64,000 nucleotides of DNA. Source: Phoronis australis. Taxonomy: Eukaryota > Animalia > Phoronida. The translations under genes were made by a program, and so were the position numbers. The notes beneath the pieces were generated by a model. The model was not told where the DNA came from. It did not search any database and worked only from the letters and a program-made list of their open reading frames with translations. Positions within the stretch are counted from its first letter, which is position 1. Each line of letters opens with the position of its first letter. Below are positions 14,123 to 23,834 of this stretch, piece by piece. Location of the stretch: contig NMRA01000346.1 of assembly GCA_002633005.1 (NCBI GenBank), positions 52,443 through 116,442 on the forward strand, read 5' to 3'.

Positions 14123-14780
14123 ACCCAAACACTCCGATAAAACCTGCAAGTGAAGTGTGCTAACTAACAGAGACTCATACAACTCTCCAGAAGCACGTTT
14201 ACAACCATTTGGGTTTTGACTATATCTTCTTCTATACCTCTCTGTAAAAATAAAATCTACATGTGTTATTAGCATTTGTGCTAATGTTTCTTTTGTTGTA
14301 TCTACCCACACCCTGATTTATAATATACGCTTTACCTATACCTTCTCTTACCAAGTCTGGGCTTTGTTGAAAAAACCTAAATTGTGATTTAGGTCACTTA
14401 TTGCCTGCCCTTTGATCTTGTAAGGAACTGACAATCTGTCAGTGATAAGCTTGCATGACTTAATAGTCCATACACAAGTCGTACTGGAATTTTGATAACA
14501 GTGGACTACCATTAGTAAAATTTATTTAAGTTTTGTTTAAGATTTAACTAGTCAACATTAGCACAAGTGATAGTTTCTCACAATGGGACTTAATATACAA
14601 ATATTTACATCTATACTGAGGCGAGAGACTTTCTATTTGTTAAATTATCATTAATTTTTATACTATAGCTTGGAACAATGAATGGTTTTCGCAGTTACAC
14701 TGTTGTAAATTTTGTGAAATGTTATTACTTTGTCATAGAAACAACTGATTCTATTACAAACAGTTAAATATTTATTCCAG

Positions 14781-14886
14781 GTTAAGGTGATAACAGATAG
14801 TATTTTCAAGTACATCAAGAGCGACAGCACCATCAGCATCGACTTGGAAGTGTATAGTGGACAATGTGTAAGCCTTTGCTCGGATG
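14781..14886 (+). CDS. SGNH/GDSL hydrolase cargo gene, exon with blocks I and II
   Basis: ttccag / gtaagt boundaries. VKVITDSIFKYIKSDSTISIDLEVYSGQCVSLCSD carries the catalytic Ser in ITDS and the block II Gly in YSG. Confidence 0.7.
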
Positions 14887-15175
14887 GTAAGTTTAACACT
14901 ACAGTACAGTAAGGTACATTTCATCCTTAAAACCGGAAATGAAATTAAATATTGCCTTTTATTTCTGTAAAACTCTTTTCTTTCTAATATGGAACACTAT
15001 TTTCATTACCAGCACATAACATAAGAAAACTATGAGTAACTTAAGGAGTCATTCTTTAATGAAGTAAAGTCTCTGATCAACCAAGTTCGAGGGCTTTGGA
15101 ATTCTTTATTTCACGCTTTTCAAAAGTTGATTGAAGTTTGTTAACAAAGTGATTTCTCTTTTCTTTTGTTGTTAG

Positions 15176-15350
15176 AGATGAACATCACAGGAAAGTATGA
15201 TGCGGTAATTCTTCATGCGGGGACAAATGATATAGCGAAGAGACACCACCTGATGACGACTGCACGCGACCATCAAGCATGGATCTACAAGACAAGACAG
15301 ATGTTTGACGGACCGATATTTGTGTCATCCCTTCTGCCCCGCTTGGATAA
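15176..15350 (+). CDS. SGNH/GDSL hydrolase cargo gene, exon with block III
   Basis: Pyrimidine tract plus ttag acceptor, gtaagt donor. KYDAVILHAGTNDI...IFVSSLLPRLD contains the GxND motif. Confidence 0.8.
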
Positions 15351-16925
15351 GTAAGTAATTGAATTTATTTAGTGGTGCTCCGGGAAATACATTTGCTTTG
15401 TCATCACTAGTGCCATGTTGTCTTTGATGAAATATCCCAATACTACAATGATACTTCTGTCGATGAACATTGTAGTCTCGTCCACACAGCAGCTAGTGCA
15501 ACTTACCCCAATTTTAAGTGCAATGTTCACACACACCCACACACACACGCACACATCTAATTACTAGGGTAAGACCGTAAGACGTAAGTTGTCGCTGTGT
15601 GCGTGACAGTGAGCAGTTGATCCAAATATTGGACACAAAAGAAAACCCGTCTGTATGCAATCGCACACGATAATTACTTCCACCTTGCCCCAGATTTGCT
15701 ATCACCCAAGAATTTAGAAGGGGCACAAGGTACCCTAGAACAAAGTATCCTACCTCAAAATCAGAGTAAGTTGTCACTAGTTGCACTAGTTTGAATAGTG
15801 TCCATGGAGCCCTAAAATATATACACAACTCATTCCAGCTGTTACTTGTTCTATGATAAGTGTCTATTTGAAGGACACTTATGATTAATTGGGTTACCTT
15901 TATAATTATTTAGTATTGCACTATTTATGGACTTAGGGAAACAGGTTCTTTGTAAAGCAGTTGTACAATGAAATCAAATTTTTACCTACACATTTATGTC
16001 ATTAAGTTGTATTTGTCAGTACGTGTCATGTAAAGGTCAACAGTATTTTGTCGATAATTGGCCAATGCAGCAAATACTGACTAATAACATGTAACTGTTC
16101 GTTCGTTTTACAGCTGACAGTCAGGTAAAGTTTTGTGTGACTGAATGAATACCTGCTAGTGCTTTACTATACCACACTGCATGCTGTGCCTATCCTTAAA
16201 CTTCTTACTTTCAATTAACTCCTTCATCCGGTGTGGGTTCTCCTTTTGCTAATAACCTGCATTATTCCACATACATATGAGTGCGAGCTTGAGGCACACC
16301 ATCAAATTGAGATTCAGTTTCTGGAAAGTATGTATTTCACTGAAGATCCACAATCCTCTTTATGTGCACAATCTCTAATCATGGAATAAAATCACACTTT
16401 GAACACTTGAACTTCCAAGACGTTTCTTGAAGACTTTGAAATGACCTTTGATGCGTGTACCGTGGATGAAATGGAAGAGCAGATGTGGTAACTGCAACTC
16501 AGTGTACACGATGACTTTCCTGTCCAAAATCTTGTAACTTGACTGCTCTGGGACTAATTAACCAAATGCCGTTAGTTATCATAATCTTTATTTCAACTGG
16601 AAATGTCCTTTTTCATAGTGCATTCAAGATAGGATGTAGTTATTTTGTGTTCATAAGCATGCATGATAACATATAATCTACTAGTAGCCCGCTGCTACAT
16701 TCATCTGATCAATTCCTAGCATAGCTTAAGCTTCAATGATTTATTGTTTTAAATTTCACAATCTCCATTCTAGTTCACAGCATTCTCGATACGCAATGTT
16801 TCATTTTGCTAGAGTTTTCTGAGTTTTCTCATTCACACATTGTGTTTGTTTTGAATTGATAGTGTCATTTTGCATAAATTGTGTCTTAGTTTGTATAGCC
16901 TGTTTCTTCACGTACATTTTAAAAG

Positions 16926-17066
16926 GCATGCAGCTGCAGCAAACACGTACAACCAAGACCATCTGGAGCCACTGGTTAGGAAGATGACACTGACAGACGA
17001 CAAGTTGTATTACGTGGATTACACGGCATGCTTCGATAGATATCGACTTCGTCAACTTTTGTCAAG
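16926..17066 (+). CDS. SGNH/GDSL hydrolase cargo gene, internal exon
   Basis: Phase-2/phase-2 exon (aag / gtattt). HAAAANTYNQDHLEPLVRKMTLTDDKLYYVDYTACFDRYRLRQLLS keeps the frame between blocks III and V. Confidence 0.72.
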
Positions 17067-17214
17067 GTATTTCTTACTAAAACGATAATTATGTGCAAGT
17101 CGTGCGTGGCTGCATAATATGTATTGCAAATGGTTTTAATGGGTACATCCCTGGAATTTTTTGCCTTTTACCAATCTGTCCGATTTGCCTAACACATTCG
17201 TTATTACCTTTCAG

Positions 17215-17355
17215 AGAGGACGGACTTCATCCATCTAGGGAAGGGAACAGAGTTCTACATCGGTTTTTGAAGACGACTGTGAGTGAGACTTTAGGAAAGG
17301 ACGGCAAATTTTACATGTGGACAGAGGAGGAATTTCCACCACTCTCTGATAATTA
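17215..17355 (+). CDS. SGNH/GDSL hydrolase cargo gene, exon with block V
   Basis: ctttcag / gtgagt boundaries. REDGLHPSREGNRVLHRFL contains the catalytic DxxH, followed by EEEFPPL. Confidence 0.8.
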
Positions 17356-17565
17356 GTGAGTATTCTTGTTTCATTTTTAGTTGGATGTGTGCTACTTTCC
17401 AGTTCAATTTTCAATTTGAAAAAGAGGCAGTGTTGAATTTCTTTGTCATTGATGAAGTGTAGTAATGCATGTTCTTGATCAAACAAGAACCAAAAATTTT
17501 GGTATAAGGAATTTAATTTGCCATTTTAGGTCTTATAAAACATAAACCTCATGCTTTCTTTTTAG

Positions 17566-17642
17566 CATTCCGCTGCAAGATAAAACATCAATGAAGTATG
17601 CAGATGCTGTGAAGCATCAAGTTGTTCCAGAAACAGTGTATG
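17566..17642 (+). CDS. Cargo gene, downstream low-complexity exon
   Basis: tttag / gtatgt boundaries; continues in phase as (Y)IPLQDKTSMKYADAVKHQVVPETVY. Confidence 0.55.
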
Positions 17643-18667
17643 GTATGTCGCAGTTTGAAGTTGTTTGAAAATTTTCACCACATCTAATAAGAATCAGAGC
17701 ATTGACAATTATAAGTTTCGGGGTTTGAAACCCAACATTTATAATCAAGGTTGGTTTTCACATCAGAAATAAAGTCAACAATTACAGCATAATATTCCAA
17801 CAACTACTGCTTTATCCTGTGGTTGGGTGAATTGCAGTATCATCATTTTTGGTCTATGGTAATATTGACCAAGCAGGCTGTGGAATGTCACTGCTCATTC
17901 ACACACATGTAGTTATCTGATCAAGCAGGCTATATGGAAGCCTTAGACATTACAAAATGAGCAGACAGTGACACTACATCAAAACAGGTAAATCTAGCTG
18001 GACCAAAATAAGTATAGAAGCATGCATCAGTGCTCATAAAATGAAAAAAAATTAGATATAGAATGGTGATTCTCATGGTGACGGAAAGTAATCTTGCCTG
18101 AAACTGGTCTGTATAGCTGTCAATATAATTATGTGTGCATTGATCGTAACAATATTTTGATTTATAGTTCAAGAGGTTGCTGTCAGCAAGACCAAGAAGG
18201 ATCTCTCTGAACTTTTCCCTAACTCTAGAGTAGTTGGGGTACGGCTGCTTACATTTTTCCTATTATTTATCTGTCTGTAATTGGTATGGTGTCAGTTGTA
18301 AGTTTTCATCAAGAACTTAATCAGTTTCATTTATTGGTTGATGTGGCAGAACCAATCAAACCCTTGTCTATGTCTAAAGTTTGCCTGACATTGGTGTTCT
18401 TGTTAAAAGTTTCATTTCATTTATGCTTAGCAGCAGTTACTTCTTGACTGACGTGAACTAGTTAGATCAAGACAGTGGTTGTGTAATTTATTTACTGTAG
18501 AATGGTAGACAACAAAAATATTAGATTGCAGTACATTACTGACAGCCTCTCCCCTTCTGTCTGTGGGGAAACGTGTCGGTGTCTAAGATTGTTTGATAAC
18601 GTTGAGACATCATGTAACTGGTTAGTCAAAAATACTTGAGGCTCTTAGTATTTTTTTTGTATTCAGA

Positions 18668-18933
18668 ATTCTCTGTTTATTGGATCAACATCATGGACTG
18701 CCATGAGAGTACCTTTAACTCCACCTGCTCTCGAGACTCATATGCCTTTGAAGAAGAAGCGGCCAAAAACAACTGTGAAGACAAGACTCAGCAAATCCCA
18801 AAAGATAAAAAGACAGCGCAAAAAGCCTACAGAATGCCTTCGACCACTGACTCATGCCACAGTGGATGGCATCCTTATTCATCTTCCTGATGGACGTATA
18901 ATTGGGGTACATAAATTAGGTTTTGGAAAGGCT
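18668..18933 (+). CDS. Putative Lys/Arg-rich exon (NLS-like) of the element; 3' boundary uncertain
   Basis: Acceptor ttgtattcag. Reads NSLFIGSTSWTAMRVPLTPPALETHMPLKKKRPKTTVKTRLSKSQKIKRQRKK. Confidence 0.4.
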
Positions 18934-19186
18934 GGTAAACTGCTAATTTGACTGATGAGAGGAACGATCTCTGTAGAGAAGAAAATACACTTCAAAACCA
19001 CAATTGTTAATCAGCATAGGACACTTAATGCGCACACACACACACACACACATAGTGTACATTACTGATTTTGGGACATATTAACCAAGTTTTGTGCTTC
19101 TTAGTGTGGCCATTTGTTAACCTGACTAAACCCCTAGAAATTTACCTTCTGCGTTGTAGTAAGATTTTGCATTATCTATATTTCAG

Positions 19187-19369
19187 AATGACCATGCAGT
19201 GCATCCAGTGCAAGCTGAACCACAACCTGCAGCTGAGGAGGTATCACCAATTACCATGACTCATAAGAGACCTCGTCGCCCTCAAGTTGCATTTACCAGT
19301 GACTGTAAAACGTGTATCGAAGCAGCATCGGCAGAAGAGTTAATGCAACACCTGCGACTGGAGCATTAT
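19187..19369 (+). CDS. Putative exon with a C2H2-like zinc finger
   Basis: Acceptor atttcag. Ends ...DCKTCIEAASAEELMQHLRLEHY (C-x2-C-x11-H-x4-H). Weak donor gtaaaa, or a stop at 19381. Confidence 0.45.
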
Positions 19370-19779
19370 GTAAAATTTTAATAATTTGTAATTGATGCAT
19401 TTTTTACCCACAGTTTTTTGGATATTGAATACCTATGTGCCATTTTTTTTTACCTCCAGGTCTACTCAGATTTAAAATCTGGATCTTGCCTACTAGTATT
19501 GACGCTACATATTTCTTGAAAGTAGCTTGGTTAATTTAAATTTCACTTAAACTTTCCATTTGTATCATTAATGTATCAAAACCAAAAACAATGATAGGAT
19601 TTTGTTTTCAAACGGTAGGATTTTATCCTCTTCTGGAAAATTGGTACTATGAGTGACTGAGTTACACAAAGCAGCAACCTAAAATGGATTGCACTTGTTG
19701 AGGTTTCACCTTATAATGACTCCTGCTTACTTTTCGTTATGTTGAATAGATCTTTTGAAGTTACCACTTTTGTTGGCAG

Positions 19780-20345
19780 CGTATTGAACAAGACCATCTA
19801 CTACTGGATTGTTTGACATCAGCAGTACTTGTGTTCTGGGCTGTCACAAAGTTTGTACGCCAAAGAGAAGATACCATGATGATGGGGGATCAAGCAACGG
19901 CTGACCAAGGTATAAAAGAAAGACTGTTTGGTGGTGGTGATGGTAAGGAAGTTATTGATGTTGAAGATGTTGATCAGGACAACCAAGGTGAGTATGGTGA
20001 GTATGTTTCTCTTTCTCGTGTCTTCAACAGGAGGGAGTTCATGACCATTGAGGTTCCAGGGGTGTTGCATTCATCACGGGTTTCTGCTTCTTTCGGTCAA
20101 ATTTTTACTGATCCAACATCTCTTCAAACAATTTCACCTAAGGGTCAAATTGAAGCAGGATTGAAAATAATACAAAGAATTCCAACTGCAACCTAAGTAC
20201 ACTATGATATGGGAATTTTTAGTAAAAATGGGTTAAGGTATTTAGATAACCTTTTCATGATGAAATTAATGTTCAAAAAGAAGACATTTGGTTTCAAGAC
20301 ATAGAGTCCTTCACCAAGAAAGAGAAGTATGTAGAAACTATTGAT
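19780..20345 (+). pseudogene. Disrupted N-terminal part of the transposase reading frame
   Basis: ORF 19813..20196 is open from an acceptor at 19779. It hits TAA at 20194-20196, then an apparent frameshift near 20255 into the frame of ORF 20346 (HDEINVQKEDIWFQDIESF...). Confidence 0.5.
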
Positions 20346-23300
20346 GTGTCATCTGTAAAGTCTTTTGAAGATTACATTATGAACAGTAAACTTGGTAGTC
20401 GCAATCATAATGAAAATTTACTTGTTAATGATGTTTCTGATCTTATGTGTGATTACTGGCTGAATGATCTCATCATTTCCAAATTAGCAGACATGATAAA
20501 TGAAAAATGTAGTCATGCCTTTTGTTGTATATTTAATGTTCCTAGTGATTTGAACAATTTAAAGGAGAAGATTACTGAACAATTCAGAGGAGACCTTTGT
20601 CAAGGGGAACTCATTTTTGTTGTACACGTTGGCATAGATTCCAACTTGCAAACCGCTGCTAATGGTGAATCTGCTAACCATTGGGCTCTTGCAGTATATG
20701 ACTTGCACTCACTAGTCTTAACATATGCAGATTCAAATGGATGGGGTGTTCCAGAAAATTTCAAATACCAACTAGACACATTCTTAAATTTATTTGGAAA
20801 ATCCATTGCTGAAACTATATTAGTTCACGATCCCTCAGGCACTGTTTATAACCATGGAAAATTATCACATACCTGTACCAGACATTGTTCACAATCATAT
20901 CCTCTACAAAACTGTGGTTCTGTCTGTGGTGTGGCTGTTGTTGTGGGGATGGCGATTGCAGCCTTGAAGAAAAAAGTGTTTTCTGAACTTGCCCAAGGTG
21001 AACCCGTGAGGCAGGTGAGGTACTTACGTGATATTTCAGGAAATTCCAAATATTGCCGTTTGGTATTAATAAATTGGCTTGTGAAGAAAGACATTTTTGT
21101 GGACAACCTCTTCCTAAAACTTTCCCTGAGTTTAGATAGAAAGGGAGAGGGTAGCAACACAACACGGACCATCAAAAATAACTCTGTAATTCCATCTACT
21201 TCAAGGGCAACAAGTAGTGTTACAAGCACTCAAACACCACTAATGACACATACAGTTGGTAAAACAAAAGAGGAAAATAAGGGTAAACAACAGGCAAAGA
21301 GCAGAAATTCTAATGCACCAACTAGTATGAAAGCCATAAATGTCAGTAAAGATATTACAGTGCAGCAAAAACTAACAACCAAGAAAATTGGTAATGACCT
21401 GACAGACTTCGTTCAATGCAAATCATCATCTTGCATAATGTCTACATCTATGATTGAACCAAAACATTTTTTAAAGAAAGTCAATTTTGATAAAATAAAA
21501 GACATTGTTGCAAAAAGACCGCGAGTATCCTTTCTAAAAAGGTCAATGAAAATAAGAATTTTATTTTCCTTACACAATGGTAAAACTTCATCTAAGTTTT
21601 TCACATGTGGGAACAATGAAAGTTGGGAAACTATTTTAAGTTCAGTTCAATCATTTATAGACCAGGAATGTGTACAATGGCTTTCTTCCAAGTCTGACTG
21701 GATTGATGTGGGTAAGGTTCGTGTTGGCTCTGAGGCATTGGAATTCATTGAATCATTTCCATTTGTACTAAATCAAAAGTTGGTACTCACCGAGCCAAAA
21801 TGTACTTTAAAGGTTTACAACAAGGAAACTCCCCGTGTCTCTGTTAACGAACATGAAAACTGGGGAAATACAAATAGGCTTGACCAAAAATTCTCATACA
21901 CAGGGGACTCTACAAACAGAAACATTGTTACATGGTATCTCACATGTGCATCTCAAACAAATGAATGCAGAAGTGACTGTGGATCTTTGCTCAAGGACCT
22001 TCAACACAGTAACACCACAGTATGTAGCAATTGTAATCTTGACCTTAGTAGTGATAAACAGTGTGACAATTGCAAGAGGCATTACTCTAGTAAATGGTAT
22101 TCCAGTGATAAACTCAGGTGCGTCACCTGTTATTTATACAAGCGACAACACAACATTGACAGAGTGGCAACTATAGATCAATCAGAAATTATTCAACATG
22201 ATCATGTTAAATGCAAATGGCAATTGAAGCTTGCAATCAATAGCTCAAATTTGGAAACTTACACTATATATGCAAGTAATCAAAACCACAAATACCACAA
22301 TAGCCAACCCATCCAAGTTCAAAGGAAACCCTCACTTAGCACAAAGACTACCTGGGACAGAATGAGATCTGAATGTAAATTATCTGCACAGAGTATCCAG
22401 TCAACAAATTTACGTGCCATTTCCGTAAATTTTGGGTCTGAAAACAACACCACACATTACCATACTTTGGGGCAAGTTGCAAGGCGTATCAGGGTAGCAG
22501 ATAAGCATCAAATAGCTTTAGCTATGTGTAAGCGAGATGTGAGGGAGATAAAATCTGATTGGAGGGACACAGAGAAACTTGTTGAGGGTAATTATGAGTC
22601 GGTGCTTTTTTTTCAACGTGGAAATAAGGATTTGAACAGAGACTATCATATAGTTTTAGCAAGCAAACAAAATTTGTTGTGCTTACGAAAACATGGGTCA
22701 GTTGTGTGCGGATTTGATGTGAAACATGATTTCATGTCTGTGCGATTTAAGACAGCTATATTAACATATTGCGACAGTAATCGTAAAGGGAGAATTGGGG
22801 CAGTCTCCATTTGTAATGTGGAAAATGAAGCCTCGGTGCTTTTAACTTTGCAACTAATTGCTTCCAATGTGCCATGTTCTGATCCAACATGTCCCCATTT
22901 CAAAAGATTGTATGTTTATGATGATGGTAATGGTTTCTTTTGGTTACGACCCTGTGCTTTAGCAGAACCCTTCAAACCCATAATTCAACATGACAAAGCC
23001 ACTTTAATCCGTAATGCTGTCCACAAGTTTGGATCCTTATCATCTCTGTGCAATTTTCATGCGCTTAATGCATTCCGTACTTTTTTGAAGGAGGATGCCA
23101 GTCTTATGAAATTAATGGGACCTTTAGAAATTGGATTTAAAGAAATTTTGAGGTCATGGAACAGGGAGATGCACGATGAGTTGGCAAACAAGTATAAGCA
23201 CTTTGTTTTGAGTTGTATACCAGATGTCGTGATTCCACCAAGTACAAAGACAAAATTTTTTCACTATTTAGATAATCAATGGTTTGATTGCATATGGACC

Positions 23301-23777
23301 GATACTTATACATCTTCCGTGTTATATTTGGTTTCAGATGAAGAGAAGAGAAACCCCCTTATTTTGACAGATAACATAACTGAGAGAAAATTTAAAGAAA
23401 TTCAAGAATCAGATTTTCAGAGTCGGTGTAACAGGAAAATGAGCCACTTTGTGAATGTTGTAATTTCTTCCATTTTAAATCGTGAAGCAGTACACACAAT
23501 GGAGTCACACAAAGAAAATCAGAAAAGCAATCATAAATCAAAGTCAATGGACACCATTTTACGGAGCTTCAATATTAGTGATGTTAGGTCTGTTGTAGGC
23601 GGATGGTACTTGGTTTCCAGTGAATGCAGTGAAAGTATTTATGAATTGGATCACACTGAAATTTTACTTACATGTTTTACTGATAAGAAAAACAGAAATG
23701 TCACGAATGATGCAGAATTGTCCTTTGAGAATAATTCACACGTTTTCTACTTTCAGTCCTTCTGTGTCACAAACTAG
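20346..23777 (+). CDS. MULE transposase, part 1: Ulp1/C48-like protease, WRKY/GCM1-like domain with GATA-like finger, DDE core
   Basis: Protease motifs WLND, NHWALAVYD, YADS, PLQNCGSVCG. GATA-like CDNC-x7-W-x7-CVTCYLY. CKWQLKL...HKYH. MULE motifs GFDVKHD, QHDK, LCNFH (CxxH), YLDNQW and TDNITE. Confidence 0.85.
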   Translation: MSSVKSFEDYIMNSKLGSRNHNENLLVNDVSDLMCDYWLNDLIISKLADMINEKCSHAFCCIFNVPSDLNNLKEKITEQFRGDLCQGELIFVVHVGIDSNLQTAANGESANHWALAVYDLHSLVLTYADSNGWGVPENFKYQLDTFLNLFGKSIAETILVHDPSGTVYNHGKLSHTCTRHCSQSYPLQNCGSVCGVAVVVGMAIAALKKKVFSELAQGEPVRQVRYLRDISGNSKYCRLVLINWLVKKDIFVDNLFLKLSLSLDRKGEGSNTTRTIKNNSVIPSTSRATSSVTSTQTPLMTHTVGKTKEENKGKQQAKSRNSNAPTSMKAINVSKDITVQQKLTTKKIGNDLTDFVQCKSSSCIMSTSMIEPKHFLKKVNFDKIKDIVAKRPRVSFLKRSMKIRILFSLHNGKTSSKFFTCGNNESWETILSSVQSFIDQECVQWLSSKSDWIDVGKVRVGSEALEFIESFPFVLNQKLVLTEPKCTLKVYNKETPRVSVNEHENWGNTNRLDQKFSYTGDSTNRNIVTWYLTCASQTNECRSDCGSLLKDLQHSNTTVCSNCNLDLSSDKQCDNCKRHYSSKWYSSDKLRCVTCYLYKRQHNIDRVATIDQSEIIQHDHVKCKWQLKLAINSSNLETYTIYASNQNHKYHNSQPIQVQRKPSLSTKTTWDRMRSECKLSAQSIQSTNLRAISVNFGSENNTTHYHTLGQVARRIRVADKHQIALAMCKRDVREIKSDWRDTEKLVEGNYESVLFFQRGNKDLNRDYHIVLASKQNLLCLRKHGSVVCGFDVKHDFMSVRFKTAILTYCDSNRKGRIGAVSICNVENEASVLLTLQLIASNVPCSDPTCPHFKRLYVYDDGNGFFWLRPCALAEPFKPIIQHDKATLIRNAVHKFGSLSSLCNFHALNAFRTFLKEDASLMKLMGPLEIGFKEILRSWNREMHDELANKYKHFVLSCIPDVVIPPSTKTKFFHYLDNQWFDCIWTDTYTSSVLYLVSDEEKRNPLILTDNITERKFKEIQESDFQSRCNRKMSHFVNVVISSILNREAVHTMESHKENQKSNHKSKSMDTILRSFNISDVRSVVGGWYLVSSECSESIYELDHTEILLTCFTDKKNRNVTNDAELSFENNSHVFYFQSFCVTN

Positions 23778-23834
23778 TATTTCTGAACATGGGTATACTG
23801 CAGATGCTGCAGTTATAGAACCAATAAGGATCTG

